NCBI GenBank assembly: GCA_965153455.1
Contig: OZ234493.1
Location: 29,812,213 to 29,876,212 of the forward strand
Length of the DNA stretch: 64,000 bases
Reading direction: 5' to 3'
Source: Sphagnum compactum
Lineage: Eukaryota
The position numbers and the translations under genes are program-made. The number at the start of each line of letters is the position of its first letter. Position 1 is the stretch's first letter. The notes below the pieces were generated by a model. It was not told the origin of the DNA, did no database searches, and saw nothing but the letters and a program-made list of their open reading frames with translations. Shown piece by piece: positions 13,144-26,900 of the stretch.

Positions 13144-16100
13144 TATATGACATATAAAACAAAATTGTAACTTATAATACAAGAAATTAAAACTTAAAAT
13201 AGTTGACATACTTTTCTATTATTTGAAATTATGATGAAAACTCAAAACAAAATGCAAAATCTAACAAAATTTGTACACTTTTAGATTTTATTTCAAAATA
13301 TTTGGCTAAAATTTAAATAAAATTTTAAACAACATTAATGCTTGATATTTAAATAAATATTTGGCTAAACATCTAACAACAAATATCAAGCATTAATGTT
13401 GTTTTGGTGATGAAAGAGACCTTTATTGAAAAGCGTGTTGAGCTCACACCAAATTGCCTTTTGCAAACCTAGGTGAGTCCTCACTGCCAACAATATGATT
13501 TTGCATGATGATGGCCCATGGATAAACAAAGACCAATTGCCTGAATTTGCCTGAATTTGGCCATTGATATTTTTCCTTTGACTTCATTGCCAAGGGATTC
13601 ACAGGGTCCAAATTGTGCAGAATCTTGCTAGAATAAAAATGACGTTGGTCTCATCTTAAGATTAGAAACTTAGTAGTTGGAGTAATCTATTGTAGATCAT
13701 GAATCCTGTATAAGCTAGTCAGTTCTAATTGCCTTTGCATCTACATGTGGGGCTTCTAGCCTGGGGGATTTCCCCTGAAGATATCTATTCATGTTAATTA
13801 GTTTTATATGCTCAATGTACTTTGCTTGTATGTTAGGGTCTCTTGTCAGGGCAAAGCACAACAAGCCCCAAGAAATTTCCTATTTGCTATCTATGGTACA
13901 CTTTTCTTTAGCTTTGTATGTTGGATCCAATGGGTTTCACGGCCTCATGATTGTATATTTACCTGAATTCTTTTTCCATCTCAGGAGTAGTGTATTGCAA
14001 ATCCGCGACTGCTCAGATTCAGCAACACCAAATCTTTGTTGGCTGATCATTTGGACTGGTTTGATCTTGTCTTATCCTTCGCATAACTCCAACAACCAAA
14101 GCTGCACTTGCAGTAGTGGAGTTGCATGATTTAGTAAATGGGTTTTGTTTTTAGTGATCTGGGAACTTTTACCAACATTTACTTTACTTCAAGTCATCCG
14201 GCAAAACAATCTCACAAAGGTGGTCATGATGAAATTACTTGGGGAGGAATTTGTCACGACCAACAACACAACCAGCATCCTCTAGAGAGAAAAACAAAAA
14301 CAGTACTTCAGTGGAGATCAATTGAGTGTGTTATTGAGCTCAAATTCCATGTAACTGATCTGAAGACATTTGAACCTAATTGATTGCAGTTACGCCACCA
14401 CAATCAGTAGTAGCACATCACAAGGCTCTCTTAAGGGGAAGGTATAATCATGTTGACCTCAGATTGAAGTTGCCATACATCTCAGATGCAACAAGTGGAA
14501 TGTACAATATAAAACAGCTATATATGTGGGATTGCACTGCATGCAAGCTATCAATCATACATGTTAATGCGTAATCTCTACCTCCCCTTTTACAAGAAGA
14601 GAGGTAACAGAACATGTAAAAGGGGAAAGGTAATAGAATATCCCCATATATAATCTGCAAGAGGAGAAGTATAGAAAGTCCTATCAAATTGCAACAACTT
14701 TTGAACTAAAATGGGAACATTGAACAAACTTTCGGTGATTTGTGCACTTTATGAACGTTGGGAGCACTGACGGGAATAATCGTGGGACTAAGAAGGGGTT
14801 TGATCAAGATATTGGGAATAACAATAGGAGGAACATCCCTTGGACTTTCTGGGGCGCTTCATTGATAACTCTGCCAATAATAATGGAAAAACCTTTAGGA
14901 TGTTTTCTGCAAAAGTCATTTGATGGAGGGAAAAAAAGGAGATGGCATGGTCATTTCATTTGGTGTCTCTTGCCATGCACTACCAATGAAGAAAAAAGTA
15001 TGACAGGAAAATAATTAGGAACTTGGTACTTTTCGAGGGACATAATTGGGAACTATGAGAGTTTCTATGAACACAAGTTTGAGGAAGAGCGAACAATGAA
15101 ACACCATGTATAGTCATTTAGGAGAAAGTGAAGCAACAGAATCCACCTGCGAATTAGGAATGAAGTGAGTGCAGTAAAAGCATTTGAATTTTGAACCTAG
15201 CCCGCAGGTATGTTGGGATCAAAGACTAACCACCTAATCTGTCTTTCTGGCCTTTTTGTCAGAATTTTTAATTTTCCTTGGATTGTGTGTTTCAAAAGAT
15301 TGGATCTTTTCCCAACTGCTTCTCGTTATTTCTTTTCTTTCAAGGTAGAACCCAAAAAGCTGCAAAGAAAGTGTGCACAACCACCGCACAATTGTCCTCT
15401 AAAATCGGCTCGTGGGCAACTTTTGTACCATTTAAGTGGAAAGAACACGCCAGTGCACCAAAGTTCCATGTCTACAATTGATAGGACAACGGAAATGTAC
15501 TAGATAATGGTGATTGCACCTGTCGAGGCAGGGGGTGGTCACGAGCAGGGTCTGACGAGTACCCATTATCTGAGGTAATCAGCACTCTGGAAAGATTCTG
15601 GAACTTTGTAGACTATTTTGCTAGGCCTCACGATTGCATGCATTTGAAAGAGCAGTTGACCCAGAATTGCTTAGGGTGGAAGGCAGAAACTTGCTTGAGT
15701 GGACAATCACAATTGTGGAAGCCTGTATTACAAGCCATGGAAGAGACAGAGTCAAAAAAAGTCACGCAACAACTCAGGGACCATCTTACCTTAAATTATT
15801 GGAAATAATCAACTTTGATTGCACGACGATGTCGGTAATATCTTGGAGCACAACTCACAGACTTTGAAGTACTGTGCATAAGTTATATGTACCACCTCTA
15901 GGTCCTAGGAATTTTTGCAGCAGTCAGGTAAATCTGCAGAAAATGTGTAAAAATCACAAAACCAAATAAACACACAACGGGATTTGGGAAATTTCTAGCT
16001 GGAAATTTGGATAATGCCATCTCCAATCTTGGATAAACAACCGCAGTTTATCCAGCCCAATCGAGTAAGTAGTTCTTGCAGTGCTCTTGAAGAAATTTGG

Positions 16101-16840
16101 AGAAACTGAGTGCGAAGAAGGGGTCCCATGCTGCTTGCTGTTAGACCCCGAAAGGCACCAAAAAGGTGAGAGAACAAAAATTCTCACAGTTATTAATTAG
16201 TCATCAATAATTAATGACTCGTAAGTTATTGATCAAGTCCAGTTTTGACTCGAAACAACGATTTGCACAAGAGGAAGATTCCAATTAGGTTGACGTCTGT
16301 CGATACATTCTGTACCTTGACCACATAAATAAATATATGTATATGTGCATAATTTAGTCCTTAGAAGTGGGTGTGAGGATGTGTTTCGGACCGTGCAGGC
16401 ACATGATATCGTAGCAGTAATTAGACTCCTGTCCCTTTGGAAAAAAATTCTTAGAATGAAGTCAATGGGTTCAGGCAGTGCAGGTGATTGGTCATCTCTA
16501 GATGCATGATGCTGCTGTTGTAACTGACTGTGTTGAAATTTCGTCTGGATTTTCTGTGTTTCTGGGTCACGGATTTGTAGGTGCCGATTTCGCGGATGTG
16601 TACAAGTTTAGGGTTCGTTGTCCGATGGCCGATTTCGCATGGTTTGTCTAAGTTCATTTCCATTTGCGATTCCACGAGGACCGTGCTTCTAGCAGGTGCT
16701 TTGGTACATGGATTCAATGGTCTGTAGAGCTTCTCCGTTGACATTCACAGACGGGTGAATTTTGAAGCGTGTGAGAGATGATTATGATAGACTCTGTGTA
16801 TTGAGAGAACAAAGAGAGGAATTGAGGATCAGTGAGTGAG

Positions 16841-18199
16841 ATGGAGTCCGGCCTCTCTGTAGCGGAGTTGAGCTCGCAACAGTTGCTGGCAAGGTGCGAT
16901 AATAGTGGAAACGAGTGCTTCATGCCATCCGACGTCGCGCCGTCCCTTCCTGAACCACATGGTTGTCGAACAACCGAAGCGAGTGGAGAGAACTTCGGGG
17001 AAGTTTTGGCAGCTATCCCTTTTAACTGGGAAGTAGAGCCTGGAATACCTAAGCTGCAGAGATCGAGAAGTAGCACGAGAGAAGGACGAGTGGACGAATG
17101 TTCTGTCGAGCTTCCGGCGAGAAGGCCGTTGGCATCTCAATCCTCTTCTGCGATTAAATTGAGTGCACGATTTCAAGCAGAGATGCGGGAGATGCTCGAG
17201 CCCTCCGTTGGCAAACATAGACCTGATGAATACGTGAGGCCGTTGGCATCTCGATCCTCTTCCGCGATTAAACTGAGTGCACGATTTCAAGCAGAGATGC
17301 GGGAGATGCTCGAGCCCTCCGTTGGTAAACATAGACCTGATGAATTCCTTAGGCCGTTGGCATCTCGATCCTCTTCTGCGATTAAATTGAGTGCACGATT
17401 TCAAGCAGAGATGCGGGAGATGCTCACGCCCTCCTTTGGCAAACATAGACCTGATGAATTCGTGATAAGTAACTTGCCGATCAGAAGGCGGTTAGCAAGT
17501 CAGTCGACATCTGCCTTTCATTTGACTGCGAATTTTCAATCGGAGATGCTTGCGACATCGTTCCGTGATTATACACCCGAAGAATTCGTCATAGGTCAAA
17601 CCTTGCCGTTGCCTCCCAGACTGCGAGCTCTGAATAAATCGCTAGATTCTCATGAGTTTCAACAGTGCGACAACATGTTCGGCATAGAGGAAGCACCATC
17701 TCCGACACACGGAGGCCATCGCCGGTATCTGTCTTTCTCCTACGCGACAGACCGGCCTAGAAAGGAAGCATCTGTAGAAGATTGCCGTGCTAGCTGGGGA
17801 TTACAGGGTATCTGGCCATTCCTGAAGGAGAAAACGAGCTGGAGAATCGTAAAGCGTCTGCAGCGTCACTTTACCAACAAGTTTCCTCAAAACGGTGGCA
17901 ACAAAGTGGATCATTCGACAGAGTACTCTGTAATCCTTGACTTCTCTCCAAACCACCCTCACAGCGGGTACTCAAACAAGGTAGAGAAAGAAAACGACGG
18001 TCCAAGAGCTTTGACAGAACCGAGAGCCTCTTTCCGAAACCTTGCTGCGCTGTCTCGAACAGCTAAATCGTCATTAAGGTTGGTGCTAGCTCTGAGAGAT
18101 GCTGGTCACAAGGGTCGACTGACCAGCTGCCTCTCGTTTTCACCCTTGAGTTCATGTCACAACTTCCATGGACTTCCACCAGGGCACGAAAGTTCTTGA
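16841..18199 (+). CDS. Single-exon plant protein with a DUF688-type motif and three 38-aa tandem repeats
   Basis: Uninterrupted ~452-codon ORF from ATG 16841. It has IPFNWEVEPGIPK (PFxWE..PG.PK, typical of DUF688) and LPLPPRL. 114-bp repeats start at 17123, 17237 and 17351. Confidence 0.75.
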   Translation: MESGLSVAELSSQQLLARCDNSGNECFMPSDVAPSLPEPHGCRTTEASGENFGEVLAAIPFNWEVEPGIPKLQRSRSSTREGRVDECSVELPARRPLASQSSSAIKLSARFQAEMREMLEPSVGKHRPDEYVRPLASRSSSAIKLSARFQAEMREMLEPSVGKHRPDEFLRPLASRSSSAIKLSARFQAEMREMLTPSFGKHRPDEFVISNLPIRRRLASQSTSAFHLTANFQSEMLATSFRDYTPEEFVIGQTLPLPPRLRALNKSLDSHEFQQCDNMFGIEEAPSPTHGGHRRYLSFSYATDRPRKEASVEDCRASWGLQGIWPFLKEKTSWRIVKRLQRHFTNKFPQNGGNKVDHSTEYSVILDFSPNHPHSGYSNKVEKENDGPRALTEPRASFRNLAALSRTAKSSLRLVLALRDAGHKGRLTSCLSFSPLSSCHNFHGLPPGHESS

Positions 18200-19769
18200 C
18201 ATTACAGTGCATCAGCATCATTTGATGTCCTACAAACTTAAGCAAATTCAAGTTTGGAACGACTTACAGGAGGAATGGAGCAAGCTCCGGATCAAGGCCT
18301 TATACTTATTCATGGAATCATAAATCTAGAGTAGTTACACGAGCTGATGATGCAACAATCGTTGCAGGTAGAATGAACTGTGTACTTCAAATCAGGAAGA
18401 AGGTATTCATCAGTTGGAGGGATCACTTGGGTGATCCATCTTTCTCTGATTTCCAATGGACTATGTAAAGCTCAGGGTTGCTAAGAAATTACCAACTAGG
18501 AGCCACCAAATGGATTAAGCAGCTAAAACTGGCATAATTGTACTCAAGAGTACTTATAGATTAGCAGCAAATTGGTAATACTGTGACTAAAGAACACTTA
18601 GTTGAGAAGGCTAGTTGAATGCTCAGGCACAATTTTGTTTCCAAACAAATGTTGTTGCTAATGGGTAAAAGTGCGACACTTGGTACCATATCTTGACATC
18701 ACAATGTTCTCAACAGTTGCTCATTCAGCAGAGACAGTGATTGATAAAATACAATACTGTTAATAGAGCTATGATCTCATGAAATGGTACTTGTTGAGCT
18801 TGTACGGCTCCATGATGTTGTCTTAACAAGTGTTTAAATTCACCCACAACATCATGGAGCCAACCCAGTTTGTTTAGCTCTTCCTGTATGGGAGAGATTT
18901 ATGTAGTTTTCATCTGGTCCCACATGTTGAGAATGTTTTGCCAGGTAAGTGTGGTTTTGAAGTTCATTTTGTGGGAACTTCATGAACCTGGTTTGAACTT
19001 GCCATAAGGAGCAGAGCCATAATGTGATGAGCTGCTTGTTTCATGTTAGTATGATTGCCAAGGATGAAACCAGCTTGTAGTGAGTCATATACAGTCATCT
19101 GAAAGCTCTACGAACTTTGAAATTTTTTGAAAGGGAAGATTTGATTGTTGTTGCGACTCTTCATCCATGAGAGTTTTATGCTTGTGAGGAAACGGCTCCA
19201 AAAGGCAGAATGAACTAGACCTAGGTCTATAGCGAATTTGATCACCTCAGCATGATAGGTGTTGCTAGAAAGCCATCTGGCTGAATATCTGTGTCTCTTC
19301 TTAGTTTCCACAATCCAGTACATCAAGCTCCAGATTTGGACACCTGAAAGAACACTTATCAACATCTTCATCCCCAGGTGGGTAACACTTGTATGTCGCT
19401 CAGATTGTGGAGTTGTGTACATAGAGAGAAACAGGAAGGGGTAAATACATCTTTATATCGGTTTATCAGATTGGAAAGAAAAGTCCAGGATAGCACTTTT
19501 GAAGATAACTGTTGTGTCAGTTCCTGCACAGATCAAATCCAAAAACAAACATGACAACAAAGAAATCTTGTGAGTGTCACTCACAAAGTATCACCTTGAT
19601 AATGAATGGCAGTGACAGACAGGCGACCTTTAATCACCACTGACTTCATCACCGGAAAAGGTGAGTATATATGACGTTATAAACATCCATGTACGTACAG
19701 AGTTGTGAATGGAAATTTTCACAAGAGTGCATCTGTTACATGCAACAGTGCCTCTCCCATTTCGGACCT

Positions 19770-21130
19770 CTTCATTTTTCTTCATTTTTCTTTCTTTGAT
19801 TTTCTTTGTTCTTTCTTTGTTTGTTCTTTCTATTTTCTGTTTTGTGTAGCTTTGTTTAAGGTCTTCATGGTTTCTTTGTATTTTATTTTTTTTTATCTTG
19901 TGTCTTTATTTGAGGTTTTTGTTGTCTCTTTATTCTTCTTTTGATTTTTTTTTTCCTTTTTCTCCTTTGTCTTTGTGTGTGTGTTTTGAGTTGTGTGTGT
20001 GGAGCTGTGGAAGAGGAGGATAGGAACAACAAAAAAGGGAGGAGAGAGATGAAGAGGAAGAGTAACGTGAGGAGCAACTAAAAGAGATGAGTATCTTGTA
20101 GTCTAGCCCTTGCAAACCAACAATGGTAGTAGAGGTTTGTTGCCATCGCCATGAGCTCTCGATTGGAGTAAAGGTTTGTTGCCTTCATCAAGATTTTCTT
20201 ATTTCTATTTTTTTTTCTTTTTTTTTTTCTGTTAGTTATTTTTGCTTTCAGTTATTTTTCCTGTTTTTTTACTGGTTTTTTTAATACCTTTTTTCTGGCA
20301 TTTCAATTTTTTTGAATTTTTTTCTTTCTTTCTTTTTTTTTCCTCTTTTTATATTTTATTATCAGTAATTTTAATTCTTGTTTTATATTTCTTTTTGAAT
20401 CTTCTGTGCCTTTTAAAATTTTTATTCCTATCTTGTTCATTTTTTGTTTCTGCTTTTTTCCAGTTTCTTTGTTGGTTTTTTGGGGTTTCAAAAATTTTGT
20501 TTTCTTGGTTTTTTCTTGGATTGTTTTCCCTTGTTTTTCTTTTTTCTTTTTTTTCTTTTCTGTTTTTTATTTCTGTACTTTTTCAGAATTCTGGTTTTAT
20601 ATTTCTGGTTTTATTTTTCGTTTTATTTTTCTGTAATTTTTTTTAAAAAATCTATCTTGTTTCTTTTTGTTGGTTTTCTTTAAAAAAACAAATTGAGTTT
20701 TAAAAAATCTATTTTCTTGGATTTTTTGTGGATTTTTTCCCTTGTTTTTCTTGTTTTTTATGTTTTGATTCTTGCTTTCTGTACTTGTTGAAAATTTTGG
20801 TTTTATATTTCTTATTTTATTTCTGGTTTATATTTCTCTCTTGTTTATTTTTTCTTGTTATTTGAAATGGTTTTTTAATAAAGTTTTTGGGGGTTTGAAA
20901 ATTTCTGTTTTTCTGGTTTGTTTTTCTTGGTTTTTTCAATTTTTTTGTTTTAGATTCTTTTCTTATTTTTATTTTCGTTTTTTGTATTCTGTAATTTTTG
21001 AAAATCTTATTTATCTCTATTTTTACTTGCTAGTTTTCTTTTTTCCCTTCTTTTGGCTTTTCAATATTGTTTTTAGGGGTTTTAATTTTAATTGTTCTTT
21101 TTGTTTATGTTTTGTGTGTGTGTGGGAAAA
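19770..21130. repeat. Strongly T-skewed low-complexity tract
   Basis: Near-continuous T-runs on the + strand apart from a purine-rich block at ~20010-20090. They produce spurious Phe/Leu ORFs. Confidence 0.8.
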
Positions 21131-23912
21131 AGTAAACTCCTCTTTTGTGTGTTGGGCAATTGCTCGAACAAAGACCCATGCCACATGTAAAGGATCATTT
21201 GTGGAATGATGGATTATGAATAAAATCAACATTGATGCCCACATTGGTAAGAGTCGCTTCTTTTAAATTGCTCATTCTATTAGGCATTCCAACATGGGGT
21301 GTGGGGTATCCTCCCCATGTAATGACCAAATTAAAAAGGGATGAGAATCTTGTCGGTTTAATTTGGGTTAGTATGGTCTCTTATGCAAAGGCCTTAAAGA
21401 TGTTTAAGATAACCAAAATTGGACAAGATCTTCATTCCAAAATGAATGTGAAAAGGAGATCATTTGATTTGTGAATCATCATGAATTGGAGATGATTCAT
21501 GACCGGTAAGTTTCATCACATTCAATTTTCATTTCAAATTTGCATTGTGTTTCAAACATGTGTTTCTAAAACTATACTCATTGGTTTGTGTGTATGTCCA
21601 CTTTAAGATTTGAGGTACCACCAAAGAGGTCTTCAGAGTTGATTTGGCGAAGATAATTTTGGCAAATTGATAATTATACACATGACAATATGTTCAATTT
21701 GCACAAAATGCAATGGCACACTATCAAAGTGCAAATGGGTTATTTGAAATCTATTAATAAGAGTTTTTAATGAGAATGAAGGTGAGAGCAATTAACTTGA
21801 ATTCTATTTTTGGACTAATACACATTTTGTATCATGCGTATGGCATCCATGAATTTTCCATGCCACATTTTTGTAGATTAATTTAGCCTCCATGGATATA
21901 GTCCATTGGCATTGGAAATGAATGTATGTAAAGATATCTACTTATAAAAATATTTTATTTTATTTTTATAGAAATAAGGTCATTAAGATCTATTTATAGT
22001 GTATATGCATCTTGCATTGAACAAAAAATTGATTAGATGTATTATTTAATACATGAGTATATTGCAATTGTAGTCTAAACATTTGTGGAAGTTGCACTAA
22101 AGCCTAAAGGCATGACGTTGTGCCTAAAGCCTAAAGCCCGAGGTTGGGGAGATTCCCAAAATAAGGGTGCCCTTGCCAAGTCCAACTTGCATTTTGGGAT
22201 TGTCCTTCCTAGGTTTTAGTTGTTGCAATGCACAACCAATGGCATGAACCTAAGCCCATGTAGATGATGATGTGTTGGGAGGGGAAGAGTAATACTCCAA
22301 TAGAATACTCCAAAAGAAGTTTCATAGCCAAGGTGTGATAAACCATCATAGCATTCAAATGTCAAACCTGGTAAATTTGGGTTGACATCACCATATATGG
22401 AGAAACCACTGTTTGGAAAAAGTTCAACCTGTGGAATGTTTACCTTTGGCCATGAATTTCAAAATGCTAAGAAACATATCATGAATTGTCAAACAATACA
22501 TACATACATACATACATCAATGTGTGTGAATTATGGTTCTGATGTTGGAAAAACTTTATCACTTGGGAACGTTAAATTGATTGACGTTTACTCTTGCCTT
22601 TGGCTTAAAGTAAAACCAGTAACAGGAGAAATCATTCATGTGTACATGCACTCTTGGTAGATAGGAACATCTCCAATGTAATAATGGACATAGTGAGGGA
22701 TTTATCGTTGTCCTTTGTGTATATCCACATGTTGATGGGTTACATTGCCTAAGCGTATATCCACATGTTGATGGGTTACATTGCCCTAAGCGCATGGCCA
22801 TGGACAACAGTAAACTATATTTGAAATTGAGTACAACTTTTATGTGATGCTTTGGGCCAGTACATTGGATTTTAGTCAATAAATTTGCATGGAATTCAAT
22901 GCTTGTAAAAAGCACCAAACACAAAAATGACTGCTTATGATTGGTTGATTATACTAATTGGCCCATGTGGTTGCATTTAAATAGTCCATAATCTTCCCTT
23001 ATATTGTCCCATTTTTCATCTTTATGAGTGGGGATTGGGAAAGAATTGTATGTCACATGTGATAAACATTGCTGAAGGCCCAAACAGGGTGTATGGGTGG
23101 AGTTGCTTTAAGAGCATCTCCACCCTCTGCAACAATAATAGCATGTGCAATCAAATTGCTTTAAGTGCAATCCAAGAATGTGAAATGCACTTTGGGCTTG
23201 TAAAAATGCACAAGATCCAAGAATATTGTGTGTACCAAAGGAAATGATTTTTTTCAATTGGCCAACTATAATGATTGGTAAAAGATTATTCACACCAATC
23301 AGAAGCTAGTATCCAATTTCAACTCATGTCACCCTTGAGTTGTTGCATCCGGTGTTTTGCGTGTTAATGAATGCCAGCCATGGAGGGCTTTACCATTAAC
23401 ATTATGCATCAATTCAAAATTCTCAATTTGTAGAAGTTGAATCCATGGTCCTGAACCAAGTCTGAGGGTCCATTGAAAGAGAGAATGTTGCAAAGGACTC
23501 TTGGGCAGTTAATTTCTTTTTGAGTTGTATTTCCTGCAAACAATGTGTTTTTCAGGAAAGGTGTTGTGCCATGAGTGTCCTTATTCAGATTTGAGGCATC
23601 GACATAGCACAACCCTAGACTCACCCAACAGATTTGGCATCTCTTGTCAAAGGCATCTTTGGAGATATGGTGTGCTTCACCTCGGTAAAAAGCTTTGCAA
23701 ACAGTGACACAGGAAGTTCTGCTCTAGACTCTAGCCCACAACAGATCTTGGAACTATTGAGTGTCCTTATGCTCCTGGGTCCTTGGCTGTTTCTCACCCA
23801 GGCTAAATGGAAACAACTCCATTACCAATCTCCAACAGATCAGTACTGCTCTAGTCAGTAATTAGTGTCACTAGTCTGGAGCTTGGAATGAGGAAAATTC
23901 ACAATCCTACTT

Positions 23913-26900
23913 TCAATTACTTTTAGCAGCCTGAATATCCTGCAACCGCAGGGTGACAGCCCTTTGGTGTGCATCAAGCCCCTCAACCTCAGCCATTTTG
24001 GCCACTGAGGGGCCAAGTCTTTGCAATCCCTTGGCTGTTAGAGATTGAACTGTCATGTACTTGACAAATGAGTCAAGTGACACCCCACCATACATGCGGG
24101 CATATCCATATGTTGGCAAGACATGGTTAGTGCCACTTGCATAGTCACCTACACTCTCTGGGGTCCATCGCCCAAGAAATACGGACCCTGCACAAAAATA
24201 ATAGCCCATTCTTAAAACTGTCTGGAAAGATGCAATGTCCGGTGAATTGAGTAATATCATCTTTTCTATAGAGGCATTGAACCATCATCTCAAACCTAAA
24301 CAGGCATACTAGTCAATGGAATGGCTTGCAATGTGAGATATATTCAAGACAGCAAAACAACTGACTGCCTAAAATCTATCAAGTGATCGTTGATGGTATG
24401 ACTCTACCTGCATTGTCAAGGTGGTCCAACCACAGTTCCGCATCCTCCACATTTACAATGAGATGCTCGGGTGCATATATGTTCGAAAAGTTGCATGCCT
24501 GTGTTCCAAAACAGTTCATAAGCCTCAAGGACATTGTCACATGATGGCCCAAGAAAAGTCCTACTGCTCTGTGTGTGCTATGGCAAGTTCAGAGGGAAGT
24601 TGTGACTATTATATTCAAATGTGATATCCATACATAAGATTAGAACAATTGATTGTATGATCCTCAATTTTATTTACACACCATATGCTTGACGACAGGC
24701 CCTCATTCCCCTCACCCTATCATTGTTGCCAATAGCAAATCCAGAGATAAAGTGATACAGGACTGTATTTCTTACCTCTGCCATGTTCTTAACAACCAGA
24801 ACAAAGCTGTGAGAAAGTGCTTTAGCAGCAATGGTCCCTCTGGGAAGGTCCAGACACTGTTGCACTATTTCCCTCTCAATAGCACCTGTGTCTACCTCAT
24901 CACCTACTGCAACCAATACCACTTGGCTGTCTGGACCATGCTCTGCCTACATGACATGCCCACACCAATATCCTGCTTCAAAAGAAGCAAAAAAAACATG
25001 CGAACAGAAATTGTGTCATACTAATTCCACCTATTGAGGCTTCACAAAGAACAAGTTTGAATTTTTTGTTCAACCTACATCATTAGGTCCTCATGCAGAA
25101 ATCCACCTTATGCCACCTCCTCTCCCTGAGGAGAAATATATCAGATGTTCTTGTAGGTGTAGCAATAAAAAAGCACAAGCATACCTGTGAGAGAAGATCT
25201 GCAGCAACGTGAACAGGACTGGCATACTTGTCAGCAATCACTAAGACCTCAGATGGCCCAGCAGGCATATCAATGGATACCATTGCTTCACTATTCTGTA
25301 GACCGCAACCATATGCCACATAAGAATGAACAAACAGGGAGATGAGTAATATATCAACAGCAGCATGTTCTATTGTAAAACAGATGTTGATATTTGTGCA
25401 CCAAAACACCATACTCCTGGGTAATTATGCACGTGCAGTAAGATTTCAAATCCACTGAAGACTGAGGCCAACATAATTCTCATCATACTCAATCACCATA
25501 AACCTTCATTCACAAATACTAGTCCTTGCAACAAGTCTCCAGAATTTGATTACATCAGGAAAACACACTCAAAATTGACAAGCCTAAACTAAAAGCATTG
25601 GAAACCCCCATACTTGCAGTGTCATTTTGGCTGCTGTGACATATTGATTCCCAGGCCCCAAAATCTTGTGAACCTGCAGGAAGGGAATAAGTTTTGCAAG
25701 TACCTCTAATTCTGGAGAAAAGTAAACATCAAAGGGAGACCGAAAACCATTATTTAAGGAAAACCAACCCAAAGCAAGGACCATCATCTTCAACAAACTA
25801 GGAGGGTCCTGGATATCGATCAACACTTACTTTGGGGCAGGATTCTGTTCCCCATGCCATTGCTGCAACAGCCTGCAGAAAGTCCCAACACAATGAATGA
25901 GGGTTCCAGATTCTTGAAAGCACAAATAGCTGGGGTTTGAAAATTATGAAGAAATTTTACGACTAACCCCAATAATAACTAATGGAACACACACAACTTG
26001 CTGTGCTACACACATTTAGCTTGATTCCAGAAGCTGAGAAATGCAAAAACAGCATCTCATACTGATGCTTGTACACACCTGAGCTCCACCAGCTTTGAGT
26101 ATATGTGACACACCTGCTCTTTTTGCACAGTAAACAACTTCCTGCAAAGACCTTAACCTTTGGTCATCAATGGAACTTGCAGGTCAAATCTCCAAACTAT
26201 CAGAAGTTCAGGGTGAGCAAGAATTCTCAAGTTTATTATCCAATTGGTGTGTACAAAATGTTGGATGAATTGGAAAGGATTTTTTGTAATAAATTGCAAG
26301 CTACTCACTGGGCATAGAGAGCCATCCTCTCTTGGGGGGGTTGCAATAATTGTAGTCTTGCATCCTGCAATCTGTGCAGGCTGAAAAGCCAATATACCAC
26401 AACATCAGGTACCAAAACATAATGACTGAGTATGCAGTTCTGCACCATTGTTCAATTTGCAATATGCAGTGTCATGGATCTGTTGCATGGCACAGAAAAC
26501 TCCACAATCACACTTTGAAGGTAACTATCACATCAGTTCTGGCCAAACCAAAAAAAAATGTAACAAGAATGAGTGTAGTCATAACCTTGTGAGTGTAACT
26601 CAGAAAGTATCAGACCACCTTCATCATGAACAGCAGTAACCAGCTGCCATTACACCCCACTGATTCCATGAGCTCATCACAGGGGTTGCAGAAAAGAATA
26701 TAACAACCTGCTCAAAACTTCCATAAGCAATTACAGAATTGCATGAGTTTTTTTGCATTGCCAGAAGCAACAGGGAGACCTGATCATGACATTGGCTACC
26801 ACTCAAGAGACAAAGCTAATATAAATAGCAAATAGTATCCAGCAACAAGCTTGGGAGGGTAAGCTTGCCTCTGTACAAGCGAGCATCTAGGCCTATAGCA

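Noticed and set aside
13430..16400. Possible gene among the short ORFs upstream of the DUF688-like gene
   Set aside because: No coherent exon chain or recognisable motif; probably regulatory, UTR or intronic sequence.
16829..17446. Antisense 205-aa repetitive ORF
   Set aside because: It is the shadow of the 114-bp repeats in the plus-strand gene.
19705..21244. Phe/Leu-rich 'membrane protein' ORFs and Lys-rich antisense ORFs (similar ones at 33963-34959)
   Set aside because: Artefacts of T-skewed low-complexity DNA.
22719..22791. Short tandem duplication (~36 bp); another with a ~53-bp period at 45223-45310
   Set aside because: Ordinary slippage duplications in degenerate repeat DNA.
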